Assembly: GCA_017547425.1 (NCBI GenBank)
Contig: JAFYPT010000139.1
Span: 1-50,640, forward strand
Length of the DNA stretch: 50,640 bases
Source: Ruminiclostridium sp.
Lineage (GTDB): Bacteria > Bacillota > Clostridia > Oscillospirales > Oscillospiraceae
Direction: 5' to 3'
Shown: piece by piece, positions 28,355-37,438 of the stretch
Numbering within the stretch: the first letter of the stretch is position 1
Layout: every line of letters begins with the position of its first letter
Translations under genes and position numbers: made by a program
The notes under the pieces: generated by a model
Told to the model about the DNA's origin: nothing
Seen by the model: the letters and a program-made list of their open reading frames with translations, nothing else
Database searches by the model: none

Positions 28355-29140
28355 TCAGGACAGGATTCGGCCAACCTGCATCATTATCAGATAGTAGACG
28401 GAATAGATGGCAACCGAGGTCCCGGTCAACATCGTGGTGGCAGTGCCGCCGGCAAGGAATGCCGAGGTCAGGAGGAGCTTTACCGCAGCAGAATCCACAC
28501 TCTTCGGGTCATCCGAAGCAGAAACCAATCGGCAGACCTCCAGGGCGATGTACTCAATGGGCGCCGAGAGGTCCAGCACCTTATCTCCCCGGGCCAGGAT
28601 AGCGTTGAGGACCATGGTCAGAACCGCCCGGAAGAGGTTATCATCCATCCAGTCCTGGCGTAAAGCGGCCACCGCTCTCTCAGTGTCTCCTGGCAGGCCG
28701 GTTTGATTCAACGGGGCAAGCAGTTTCTCCAGGGCGATATGCAGCTCTGCGTTTCGCCCCTTTTCGCCGGTACTGCCTCGGTAGCCAGGGGGTGTCATCC
28801 CCACCATCTCTTCCAGGCTACCACTCCCCTTGCACAGTTCATCCAGGGCGTCCATGGCCTGGTTCATACTGCGGAGCTTTCTGCACTGGCTAGGCAGGGT
28901 AAATCCCTCCATGAGATGGAGGATATGCTCTCCCAACGGTTCCCAATGACCATCCAGTTCCTGTAGCCACTTCCGGGTCTTGTCAAAGACCTGGATCTGT
29001 TCCAGCACATGGTGGGCCATCCAATCTCCCTGTTCTGGGCTGATGTCCGGCAGGGACCGGCAGTACAGACGGCTTAACAGTTCCTCACCATCCAAGCCAG
29101 TCTGGTGCAATTCCCTCACAAGTTCCATTCCCTGCAGCAT
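28355..29140 (-). CDS. Hypothetical protein with hydrophobic C-terminus
   Basis: ATG at 29140 with GAAAGGAAG RBS overlapping the rsmE stop; ends at a shared terminator; no recognised family. Confidence 0.65.
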   Translation of the reverse strand: MLQGMELVRELHQTGLDGEELLSRLYCRSLPDISPEQGDWMAHHVLEQIQVFDKTRKWLQELDGHWEPLGEHILHLMEGFTLPSQCRKLRSMNQAMDALDELCKGSGSLEEMVGMTPPGYRGSTGEKGRNAELHIALEKLLAPLNQTGLPGDTERAVAALRQDWMDDNLFRAVLTMVLNAILARGDKVLDLSAPIEYIALEVCRLVSASDDPKSVDSAAVKLLLTSAFLAGGTATTMLTGTSVAIYSVYYLIMMQVGRILS

Positions 29141-29154
29141 GGTATCTCTTCCTT

Positions 29155-29910
29155 TCACTGCTGGCTCTGGTCCAGGTTCATCTCAACGTGGAGCATACCC
29201 AGGCCAACGGCGGTCAGGGCAGCGGTTTCCGCCCGCAGGATCCGGCTGCCCAGAGAGATCACGGCAGCGCCGGCTTCCCGAGCCAGCTCGATCTCCTTGG
29301 GGTCAAAGCCGCCCTCGGGGCCAATCAGAATGCCAACAGACATACCGGGCTTGATCCGAGCCAAAGCCTCCCGGGTCTCGGCCATGCCCCGTTCGTTTTC
29401 ATAGGGCACAAGGAAGAGGTCCATTTCAGCAGCCTTAGCCATAGCCTGCTTGTAGGTTATCACATCAAACACCTGAGGGATTAGATTCCGCTTGCTCTGC
29501 TTGGCAGCGCTCTCTGCAATAGCCTGCCAGCGCTCGATCCGTGCCTTTTTCTTCTTCTCCTCCAGCTTCATGACACAGCGGCTCATTTCTACGGGAATAA
29601 TGCCGGCCACACCCAGTTCCACGGTCTTTTCAATGATCAGCTCCAGCTTGTCTTTCTTGGGCAGACCCTGGAAGAGATAGAACTGCACGGGAAGCTCCGT
29701 ACTCTGGTAGTTCTCTTCTACAATCTCCGCCACAACTGCTGCATCCTCTACCCGTTCCAAACGGCACAGGTTACTGGTGCCGCCGCAGCTTACCAGAAAG
29801 GTAGCGCCGATCTGCATCCGCAGCACATTGCAGATGTGGTTATAGTCCTTGCCGTCAATTCGAAAACTGTCGCCCATGCGGGCGGTTTCATCTACAAAAA
29901 AATTATACAT
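29155..29910 (-). CDS. rsmE: 16S rRNA m3U1498 methyltransferase
   Basis: H..NVLR, K..ELG, ESAAKQSKR, IGPEGGF, LGSRILRAETA motifs. Confidence 0.96.
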   Translation of the reverse strand: MYNFFVDETARMGDSFRIDGKDYNHICNVLRMQIGATFLVSCGGTSNLCRLERVEDAAVVAEIVEENYQSTELPVQFYLFQGLPKKDKLELIIEKTVELGVAGIIPVEMSRCVMKLEEKKKKARIERWQAIAESAAKQSKRNLIPQVFDVITYKQAMAKAAEMDLFLVPYENERGMAETREALARIKPGMSVGILIGPEGGFDPKEIELAREAGAAVISLGSRILRAETAALTAVGLGMLHVEMNLDQSQQ

Positions 29911-30004
29911 AGCGAACAACCTCCGTCGTTACGTTTCTACCGGATTTCCTCCTGGTACTGTACCATATGTCCCTGTGATTTTCAAGCAAACAGCCTTTCA
30001 CACA

Positions 30005-30640
30005 TCAGTCTTCTATGGCAACGGCGCGAATGGGAGAGCCGTCTGTGCCAATGATCTTCAGGGGCAAAAAGCTGAACAGATAGTTTTTTTCAAAGTCCAG
30101 GGCAAACGTATGATTCAGGTTTTCCACAATAAATATTTCGTTGCTCAGAAGGACGTTGTGGGCATCCCAATCCTCTCCCATGGTCTGGTCCACATTGAGA
30201 AAGTCAACGGCCACAACGGAAACACCCTGCTCCACCAGATACTCCGCCGCCTCCTTAGAGAGATAGGGATGCTTCAGGTAATCATCCATACCGAAAAGGC
30301 GATACCAGCCCGTGACCAGCACCACGGCACATCCCGGCACCAGACAGGCAGAGTGGAGATCTTCCGCAGTAATGATCTCCCGGGCCTTTTTGTGTCTCAG
30401 GTCGATGGCAACGCCCCGGCGTACAAACGCCTCTGCCGGGAATGCGTGGATGGGCTTCCCCTCCGGCAGGAAGTGAAACGGGGCATCAATATGGGTCCCA
30501 AGGTGGGAGTTGAGATGGAGCTGATCCACATGGCAGTAATCCCGCTCATGGGTCAACCCCTCCATAATGGCGATCTCCGGGTCTCCCGGATAGATCATCA
30601 TGCCATTTTGAATGTCGTGGGTCAGGTCTATCACATGCAT
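30005..30640 (-). CDS. Cyclase-family metal-dependent amidohydrolase (kynurenine formamidase-like)
   Basis: IDLTH, YPGDP, HLGTHIDAPFH, ENL and PLKI..TDGSPIRA motifs; ATG at 30640 after AGAGGG. Confidence 0.9.
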   Translation of the reverse strand: MHVIDLTHDIQNGMMIYPGDPEIAIMEGLTHERDYCHVDQLHLNSHLGTHIDAPFHFLPEGKPIHAFPAEAFVRRGVAIDLRHKKAREIITAEDLHSACLVPGCAVVLVTGWYRLFGMDDYLKHPYLSKEAAEYLVEQGVSVVAVDFLNVDQTMGEDWDAHNVLLSNEIFIVENLNHTFALDFEKNYLFSFLPLKIIGTDGSPIRAVAIED

Positions 30641-30673
30641 ATAAATCCCTCTTCTGATTACATCATTTTGTAT

Positions 30674-30816
30674 ATGGTCATTATACCCCCACATCCATCC
30701 AATGGCAAGTAAACCTCTCTTTAGAATGACCATTTGCTGAGCAATCCAGTTCAATACTTGCAAAAGCGGGACAATAACCGACGAACATTGACTTTTCAGA
30801 ATAATAATGCTACTGT
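30674..30816. promoter_or_regulatory. Divergent promoter region with inverted repeat
   Basis: Minus strand: TTGCCA(30708)-17-TATAAT(30685). Plus strand: TTGACT(30788)-17-TACTGT with a TG extension. Inverted arms ATGGTCATTATA (30674) / TAGAATGACCAT (30722). Confidence 0.6.
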
Positions 30817-30861
30817 AATGAAATGGCATGAATAAATACACACAGAGAGGATGAATCAATC

Positions 30862-32343
30862 ATGCTGGAAGTGAAGAATTATATCAACGGCGAATGGGTT
30901 TCGGCTCTTTCCGGAATGACGGTGGATGTGATCAACCCCGCAACCAAGCAGGTGATTGCAAAGGCCGCCTGTTCCGGGCTGGAAGATGTGGAACTGGCCG
31001 TCCAGGTGGCCAACAACTCCTTCTACAAGACCAGGGAATGGCGCAACGCCTCCGCTGCCGACCGTGCCGCCGTTCTCTTTAAAATCGCAGACAAGATCGA
31101 GGAACGTCTGGACGAGCTGGCCCTGTGCAGCTGCACCAACCAGGGTAAGCCTCTGCGTGAGGCTGAGCTGGATGTTCTGGACTCCGCCAATGTATTCCGC
31201 TATTATGCAGGCCTTATAACTAAGCCCAGCGGTGGCATCATCTCCACCAACGACGGCTTTGGCAAGGTCCATGTATACGAGCAGAGAGAGCCCATCGGTG
31301 TCTGCGCCCTGATTTCTCCCTGGAACTTCCCCCTCCTTATGGCCAGCTGGAAGGTTGCCCCTGCCCTGGCAGCAGGCAACAGCGTCATTCTGAAGCCCGC
31401 TACTGTCACTCCCCTGACCTGCGTGAAGCTCTTTGAAATCCTGGACGAGTGCGGCGTGCCTAAGGGAGCAGCCAACCTGCTTCTGGGTCCCGGCGCCTCT
31501 ATCGGCGATGCTCTGGCAGCCCATAAGAAGGTGGACATGCTCTCCTTCACCGGCAGCACTCCCGTGGGCCAGGGTATCATGCGTCAGGCAGCCGTCAATG
31601 TGAAGCGGCTGGGTCTGGAACTGGGCGGCAAGTCCCCCGTCATCCTGTTTGAGGACACCGATCTGGAGCGCGCTGTGGAGTGGGTCATGCTGGGTGTCTT
31701 CTTCAACCAGGGTGAGATCTGTTGCTCCACCTCCCGTGCCATTGTCCAGGACACCATCTATGACAAGTTCCTGGAGCTGCTGGCTGAGCGGGCCAACGCC
31801 ATCACCATCGGCAACCCCACCCAGAATCCCGACATGGGCGCACTGGTCTCCGAGCATCAGTACCGCTCCGTCCTGAGTTTCATCGAGGCAGGTAAGCGTG
31901 AGGGAGCCAGACTGGTCTGCGGTGGCGAACCTTACACCGAGGGCGACTGCGCCAACGGCTACTTTATCCGTCCTACCGTCTTTGCCGACTGCACCCAGGA
32001 CATGACCATCATCCGGGAAGAAATCTTTGGCCCTGTCCTCTCCGTGTCCAAGTTCTCCACTGAGGAAGAAGCGGTCGAGATGGCCAACGACACCGACTTT
32101 GGCCTGGGCGGCGCAGTCTTCACCGCCAACGGCACCCGTGCTAAGCGGGTCATCGACGAGATCCGTGCCGGCATCTGCTGGATCAACTGCAGCCAGCCCG
32201 CTTTCTGCGAGGCTCCCTGGGGCGGCTACAAGATGTCCGGCCTGGGCAGAGACCTAGGTGTCCCCGGCCTGGAAGAATACCAGGAGATCAAGCAGATCGT
32301 CACTTCCATGGAGGAAGGCCCCCTGGGCTGGTACGAACACTAA
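30862..32343 (+). CDS. NAD-dependent aldehyde dehydrogenase, betaine/amino-aldehyde dehydrogenase-like
   Basis: PWNFP, FTGS, LELGGKSP, catalytic Cys in NQGEICC, EEIFGP, APWGGYK.SG.GR and C-terminal PLGWY. Confidence 0.92.
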   Translation: MLEVKNYINGEWVSALSGMTVDVINPATKQVIAKAACSGLEDVELAVQVANNSFYKTREWRNASAADRAAVLFKIADKIEERLDELALCSCTNQGKPLREAELDVLDSANVFRYYAGLITKPSGGIISTNDGFGKVHVYEQREPIGVCALISPWNFPLLMASWKVAPALAAGNSVILKPATVTPLTCVKLFEILDECGVPKGAANLLLGPGASIGDALAAHKKVDMLSFTGSTPVGQGIMRQAAVNVKRLGLELGGKSPVILFEDTDLERAVEWVMLGVFFNQGEICCSTSRAIVQDTIYDKFLELLAERANAITIGNPTQNPDMGALVSEHQYRSVLSFIEAGKREGARLVCGGEPYTEGDCANGYFIRPTVFADCTQDMTIIREEIFGPVLSVSKFSTEEEAVEMANDTDFGLGGAVFTANGTRAKRVIDEIRAGICWINCSQPAFCEAPWGGYKMSGLGRDLGVPGLEEYQEIKQIVTSMEEGPLGWYEH

Positions 32344-32381
32344 GAAACCCCTGCAGAGAGTAGAGAAAAAGGAGAATATCT

Positions 32382-33782
32382 ATGCAAACCACCAGAGACC
32401 TTAATGCAAAACTGCCGCTGAAAGTAAAATTCGGCTATGGCACTTCCGGTTTTTGCAGCTTCATCACCTGGACTGCATTCAGCTTTTACGGCCTTTACTT
32501 CATGACCGAGATCGTGGGTCTGTCTGCCGCCTTCGCCGGCGCCCTGATCTCCCTGGGCACCCTGTGGGACGCTATCACCGACCCCATCGTTGGTTCCGTT
32601 TCCGACAACCTGAAGAACCCCAAGGGCCGCAGAAGACCCCTCATCAAGATGATCGCCCTTCCCTTCATCATCATCTCCTGCCTGTTGTTTACCAACTTTG
32701 GCCTGAGCGAGTCCGCTACCAAGGTCTATTTCTTCGTTGTCATCATCCTGTACTATCTGGCCCAGACCGTTCTGGACATCTCCGCCTCCTCCCTGGGCTC
32801 TGAGATGACCAACAACTATGACGAACGCGCCTCTCTGGCCACCTGGAAGAACTACTTCGGCCTGCTGCCCACCGTGGCCATCAGCGCCTGCCTGATCCTG
32901 GTGGATTTCTGGACCCCCAAGTTCAGCAACCCTGACCTGGCCTGGACTGCAACCATCGCCTGCTACATGATCCCCACCCTGATCCTGCTGGTCATCCTCT
33001 ACAAGTCCACTGAGGGCTATGAGCGTCCCCGCAGCGACAACGAGGAAGCGGTGAAGTACAGCGTCAAGAACGTGGTCAACCTCTTTAAGAACAAGGGCAC
33101 CCGGGTCGTCATGCTGATTTTTGGCATTGCCATCTTCGCCAACACCATCAACTACTCCGTCCAGGTCTATTACTACACCGAGTACATGGGCATGACCTCT
33201 GACCAGGTAGCTCTGGCTACCTTCGTCTTCGGCATCGCCAGCGTGTTCTGCGCCTATCTGGTGGAAAAGCTCATGATCAAGCTGGACAAGAAGATGTCTT
33301 GGGTGGTTTCCCTGGGTCTGGAAGCCCTGGTGCTCATCGTGGCCGTCGGCTTCATCATCCAGGCCGGTTCCAACAGCATGACCACCCTCATCATCACCAT
33401 GCTCCTCATGGGTCTGGGTAACGCCGCTGTCTATCAGGTTCCCTGGGCTATGATCCCTGACTGCGTGGACGTGGATCAGCTTGCTAATCCCCAGGGCAGA
33501 AGAAACGATGGCATCGTCTTTGGTGCAGTTGCGTTCGTTCAGAAGGCCTGCGGCGCTCTGGGCGCTCTGGTTCTGGGTCTGCTGATCACCGCAGCCGACG
33601 GTGACCCCAACGCCTACAAGTATATCTTCGCCTTCCTGGTGGGCGGCATCTACCTGTTCACCTGCCTGATCGTGAAGTTCTACCCCATCAACAAGAAGAG
33701 ACATGACGACGTCATCGAGGCCATTGAGGCCAGAGCCGCCGGCCAGACCGTCAACATGGCTGACTTCAAGGACCTCTTCTAA
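32382..33782 (+). CDS. MFS transporter, GPH (MelB-like glycoside-pentoside-hexuronide:cation) family
   Basis: WDAITDPIVG..SD...GRRRP, T..YDER and AMIPDCVD motifs. Confidence 0.88.
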   Translation: MQTTRDLNAKLPLKVKFGYGTSGFCSFITWTAFSFYGLYFMTEIVGLSAAFAGALISLGTLWDAITDPIVGSVSDNLKNPKGRRRPLIKMIALPFIIISCLLFTNFGLSESATKVYFFVVIILYYLAQTVLDISASSLGSEMTNNYDERASLATWKNYFGLLPTVAISACLILVDFWTPKFSNPDLAWTATIACYMIPTLILLVILYKSTEGYERPRSDNEEAVKYSVKNVVNLFKNKGTRVVMLIFGIAIFANTINYSVQVYYYTEYMGMTSDQVALATFVFGIASVFCAYLVEKLMIKLDKKMSWVVSLGLEALVLIVAVGFIIQAGSNSMTTLIITMLLMGLGNAAVYQVPWAMIPDCVDVDQLANPQGRRNDGIVFGAVAFVQKACGALGALVLGLLITAADGDPNAYKYIFAFLVGGIYLFTCLIVKFYPINKKRHDDVIEAIEARAAGQTVNMADFKDLF

Positions 33783-33803
33783 GCGTGTAAGGAGAAAAAC
33801 ACC

Positions 33804-34463
33804 ATGAAAGTCAAAAAATACGTTGACCTGAGCTGGGAAGTCTCCGACGAGTCCCCCATCTATCCCGGCGATCCCGAGCCCCACATCACCTACGGCACCC
33901 ACACCCTGGAAAAGGACGGCTATAACCTTTCCGGCGTGTACACCGGCACCCAGACCGGCACCCATGTGGACGCCCCCTATCACTTCAGCAACGAGGGGGA
34001 CACCATCGACAAGATGGAGCTGGACTTCTTCTTTGGCCCCGCCGTGGTGGTCCGTGTCACCGACAAGGTGGCAGAAGAGGAGATCACAATGGAGGATCTG
34101 GCTCCCGTGAAGGATCGGATCGCCCCCGGAACCATCGTTCTCTTCAACACCAACTGGTACCAGAAGCGGGGAACCGAGGAATTCTATTCCCACCCCTATG
34201 TCTCCGGTGAGGTGGCCAACTGGCTGGTGGAGCAGGGTGTCCGGTTCATCGGTATCGACACCATGAACGCCGACTCCAGCACCAAGGGTGTCTTCCCTGT
34301 CCATGACCTTTTCTCCGAAAAGCGTCTGATGATCGGCGAGAACTGGGCATACCTGGACAAGATCGATTTTGACGACGGCCTGTGGGTGGCCGCTTTCCCC
34401 CTGAAGATCAAAGGGGTGGACGGCTCTCCTGTCCGGGCAGTGGCCATGCAGATCGAACTGTAA
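33804..34463 (+). CDS. Second cyclase-family amidohydrolase
   Basis: VDLS, YPGDP, QTGTHVDAPYH, EN and PLKIKGVDGSPVRA motifs. Confidence 0.9.
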   Translation: MKVKKYVDLSWEVSDESPIYPGDPEPHITYGTHTLEKDGYNLSGVYTGTQTGTHVDAPYHFSNEGDTIDKMELDFFFGPAVVVRVTDKVAEEEITMEDLAPVKDRIAPGTIVLFNTNWYQKRGTEEFYSHPYVSGEVANWLVEQGVRFIGIDTMNADSSTKGVFPVHDLFSEKRLMIGENWAYLDKIDFDDGLWVAAFPLKIKGVDGSPVRAVAMQIEL

Positions 34464-34482
34464 CAAATATTCGTGCGTCATG

Positions 34483-34520
34483 AAGCAAGGGCGGTTCCTC
34501 TGAAACCGCCCTTGCTTTTT
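34483..34520 (+). terminator. Intrinsic terminator closing the ALDH-MFS-cyclase operon
   Basis: AAGCAAGGGCGGTT...AACCGCCCTTGCTTTTT. Confidence 0.85.
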
Positions 34521-34568
34521 CCATGGTATTTGATATGATGAAAGAAAACAATGAAAGGAGGATGTTTT

Positions 34569-35591
34569 ATGCCTTTTGAGATCGTAAGAAATGACATCAC
34601 CAACATGCAGGTGGATGCTATCGTCAATGCTGCCAGCCGCCATCCCAGAATCAACGCCGGCGTGAACTCTGCCATTCATAAAAAGGCAGGCCCCTCCTTG
34701 CTGAAAGCTCGGAAGGAGATTGGGTATATAGAACCGGGGACCGCTGCCATCACGTCGGCCTTTGACCTGAATGCCGAGTATGTAATCCATGCCGCCACCC
34801 CCATATGGGCAGACGGTCAGCAGGATGAAATGGCTCTGCTGCGGCAGTCCTACGATATATGCCTGGACCTGGCCGTCAAATACAACTGCGACTCCATTGC
34901 CTTCCCCCTGCTGGCCTCGGGCAATCATGGTTTCCCCAAGAGTAAGGCCCTGCAGGTGGCCATCGCTGCATTCAGCGAGTTTCTCATGGCGCATGAGATG
35001 CAGATCTATCTGGTGGTGTTTAACAAGGACAGTGTCCAACTTTCTGAAAAATTGGTCCATAATGTGGCCAGCTACATCGACGAAAACTATATAGCGGCCT
35101 ACGAGTTGGAAACCTACGGCGGTCCCTTTGCGCAAAGCCGTAGAGCACGACAGCCATCGGGCCAGGTTCTGAAAGAGTGCCTTCCTGCTCCCTGCGCCTC
35201 TGCTCCGGTCCCTTCTGTCTCTCGCAGTCTGGATGAAATCCTCAGGGAAAAGGAAGCTGGTTTCACCGAAACCCTGCTATCCCTGATCAAGAAGAGCGGC
35301 AAGAAAAATTCTCACATCTATAAGAAGGCCAACCTCTCCAAACAGCATTTTTCAAAAATCATCAATGACCCAGACTATCGCCCCACGAAAGCCACAGCTC
35401 TGGCACTGGCCATTGCCCTGGAACTGGATCTGGACGCCACCCGGGATCTCATCGGCCGGGCCGGGTATGCTCTGACCAACAGCAGCACCTTTGACCTGAT
35501 CATCCGCTACTTCATCGAGCACAAGCAGTTCAACGTCATCGAAATCAACATTGCCTTATATGAATTTGATCAATCTTTGCTGGGGGCCTGA
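34569..35591 (+). CDS. Macro domain protein fused to a C-terminal XRE-like HTH domain
   Basis: DIT...DAIVNAA...AIH..AG, VIHA..P, SIAFPLLASG..GFP; C-terminal LIKKSGKKNSHIYKKANLSKQHFSKII...PTK.TALALAIAL. Confidence 0.85.
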   Translation: MPFEIVRNDITNMQVDAIVNAASRHPRINAGVNSAIHKKAGPSLLKARKEIGYIEPGTAAITSAFDLNAEYVIHAATPIWADGQQDEMALLRQSYDICLDLAVKYNCDSIAFPLLASGNHGFPKSKALQVAIAAFSEFLMAHEMQIYLVVFNKDSVQLSEKLVHNVASYIDENYIAAYELETYGGPFAQSRRARQPSGQVLKECLPAPCASAPVPSVSRSLDEILREKEAGFTETLLSLIKKSGKKNSHIYKKANLSKQHFSKIINDPDYRPTKATALALAIALELDLDATRDLIGRAGYALTNSSTFDLIIRYFIEHKQFNVIEINIALYEFDQSLLGA

Positions 35592-35680
35592 GACGTCCAC
35601 TCCCAGTTGACCAAATCAAGCCAAAAACCTCCTATGATATGGTTGTAAGTGAAACACACCACAGCATAGGAGGTTTTATT

Positions 35681-36328
35681 ATGAAGAAAAATCTGACTGA
35701 GATCGTTTTTATCCTGGACCGCAGCGGTTCCATGGCAAACCTGGTGGACGACACTATCGGCGGGTTCAACGCCATGCTCCAGAAGCAGAAAAGCGAAGAG
35801 GGTGAGGCCTATGTCTCCACCATCCTGTTTGATAACTACACCGAGCTCCTCCACGACCGGGTGGACATCCAAAATGTCAAACCCATGACCCGAGAGGACT
35901 ACTATGTTCGCGGCTGTACCGCTTTGCTGGACGCTGTGGGCAAATCCATCCGCCATATCGGCAAGGTCCACAAGTACGCCCGAGAGTTAGATCGCCCCGA
36001 AAAGACCCTGTTCATCATCACCACCGATGGCATGGAAAACGCAAGCCGGGAGTACACCTACCACAAAGTCCAAAGACTTATCCAGCGCCAGCAGGAAAAG
36101 CACGGTTGGGAGTTTTTGTTCCTGGGTGCCAATATCGACGCAGCCAAAGAAGCAGCTCGATTTGGCATCGCAGAGGACCGTGCGGCCAATTATCACGCCG
36201 ACCGCCAGGGCACAGCGGTAATCTATGAAGCCATGAGCGAAGCCGTGGGGCAGATCCGAAACCACCGTCCCCTGTCCGCTGACTGGAAGTGCCGGGTGGA
36301 TGAGGACTACACAAAGAGAAGGAAATAA
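35681..36328 (+). CDS. Stand-alone von Willebrand factor A (vWA) domain protein
   Basis: MIDAS motif DRSGSM, G.TALLDA, ITTDG.EN.S, FLGAN. Confidence 0.9.
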   Translation: MKKNLTEIVFILDRSGSMANLVDDTIGGFNAMLQKQKSEEGEAYVSTILFDNYTELLHDRVDIQNVKPMTREDYYVRGCTALLDAVGKSIRHIGKVHKYARELDRPEKTLFIITTDGMENASREYTYHKVQRLIQRQQEKHGWEFLFLGANIDAAKEAARFGIAEDRAANYHADRQGTAVIYEAMSEAVGQIRNHRPLSADWKCRVDEDYTKRRK

Positions 36329-36449
36329 CCGGCGGATTCCATTCCAACTCCCTTCCATTGACAGCATCCCTTGCTTCCTGTAATATTAGGTTAATGGGTT
36401 CACCTATCCCATAGATTGATACCCGAATCGCCGCAGAGGAGAATGAACC

Positions 36450-36959
36450 ATGGGCAGAGCATCTACCAAGAAGAACAAAACCAAATACCAGCTGATCCGA
36501 GAAGAGCACGGTCTTTCCCGGGAGAAGGCCAGCGAGCTTCTGGAGTCCATCATGCCCGACCGCATCGAGAAAATCGAAAGTGAGAAATCCCTCCCCCACC
36601 CCGACGAGGTGCTGGTCATGGCGGAAAAGTACAAGCGTCCCTCCCTCTGCAACCACTACTGCTCCACCCAGTGCCCCATCGGCCAGCAGTATGTTCCGGA
36701 GATCCAGGTCAAGGAGCTCTCCTCCATCGTGCTGGAAATGCTAGCTTCCCTGAATGCGGTCAGCAAGGAAAAGAACCGTCTGATCGAAATCACGTCCGAC
36801 GGACGGATCGATGTGGACGAGATCGACGATTTTATCCACATCCAGGAGGAGCTGGAGCGAATCTCCGTCACCGTGGAGACCCTGCAACTATGGACGGAAA
36901 AGATGCTGGCCAACGGTATCATCGACCAAGAAGTCTATCGAGCCAAAAAGAATAAATGA
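36450..36959 (+). CDS. XRE-family HTH regulator with Cys-rich motif
   Basis: REEHGLSREKAS...IEKIE HTH followed by LCNHYCSTQCPIG. Confidence 0.8.
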   Translation: MGRASTKKNKTKYQLIREEHGLSREKASELLESIMPDRIEKIESEKSLPHPDEVLVMAEKYKRPSLCNHYCSTQCPIGQQYVPEIQVKELSSIVLEMLASLNAVSKEKNRLIEITSDGRIDVDEIDDFIHIQEELERISVTVETLQLWTEKMLANGIIDQEVYRAKKNK

Positions 36960-36962
36960 GCC

Positions 36963-37003
36963 AAAACGACCCATTCTGCAAAAGAGCAGGATGGGTCGTT
37001 TTT
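36963..37003. terminator. Bidirectional intrinsic terminator
   Basis: AAAACGACCCATTCTGC...GCAGGATGGGTCGTTTT. Confidence 0.8.
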
Positions 37004-37012
37004 CAATCGATA

Positions 37013-37423
37013 TCATTTGTCAATCAGCATACCGGTAAAGATGATCTTTGCGGCAACTTTGTCGCTGCCCTGGTTGAAGACCTCTGCTTCCGCCACAGCC
37101 AACTGCTTGCCCATCTTGAGAACCTTACCCACAGCAATGGCGGTGTCTGCGGAGACGGCCCGCATCAGGCTGATCTTATACTCCACCCCCACCAGGTCCT
37201 TGCCTTCTGGCATCACCGTCTGAATGGCGTACCCTGCCGTCGCCTCGCACAGGCCACCGATGACACCGCCGTGGAGGATACCAGTCTGCTGGAGAAGGTC
37301 GTCCCGCTTTTCACAGGAAATGACCACGCGCCCCTCCCCTGCTTCCAGCACCTTCAGGCCAAGGAGCCGGGCATAGCTCTGTCTCTGGATCTCGCTCTCG
37401 ATTCTATGTAATAACTTGTTCAT
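37013..37423 (-). CDS. PaaI-family (hotdog) thioesterase
   Basis: LLG...QQTGILHGG motif, 136 aa. Confidence 0.88.
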   Translation of the reverse strand: MNKLLHRIESEIQRQSYARLLGLKVLEAGEGRVVISCEKRDDLLQQTGILHGGVIGGLCEATAGYAIQTVMPEGKDLVGVEYKISLMRAVSADTAIAVGKVLKMGKQLAVAEAEVFNQGSDKVAAKIIFTGMLIDK

Positions 37424-37438
37424 TGGGCACTTCCTTCT

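Noticed and set aside
30641-30859. 73-aa N-terminal extension of the first cyclase
   Set aside because: It spans the divergent promoter region; family homology and the RBS start at 30640.
32340-35135. 931-aa ORF on the minus strand
   Set aside because: Antisense shadow of the MFS, cyclase and macro genes; it crosses a terminator, has no motifs, and is explained by C/G-ending codon bias.
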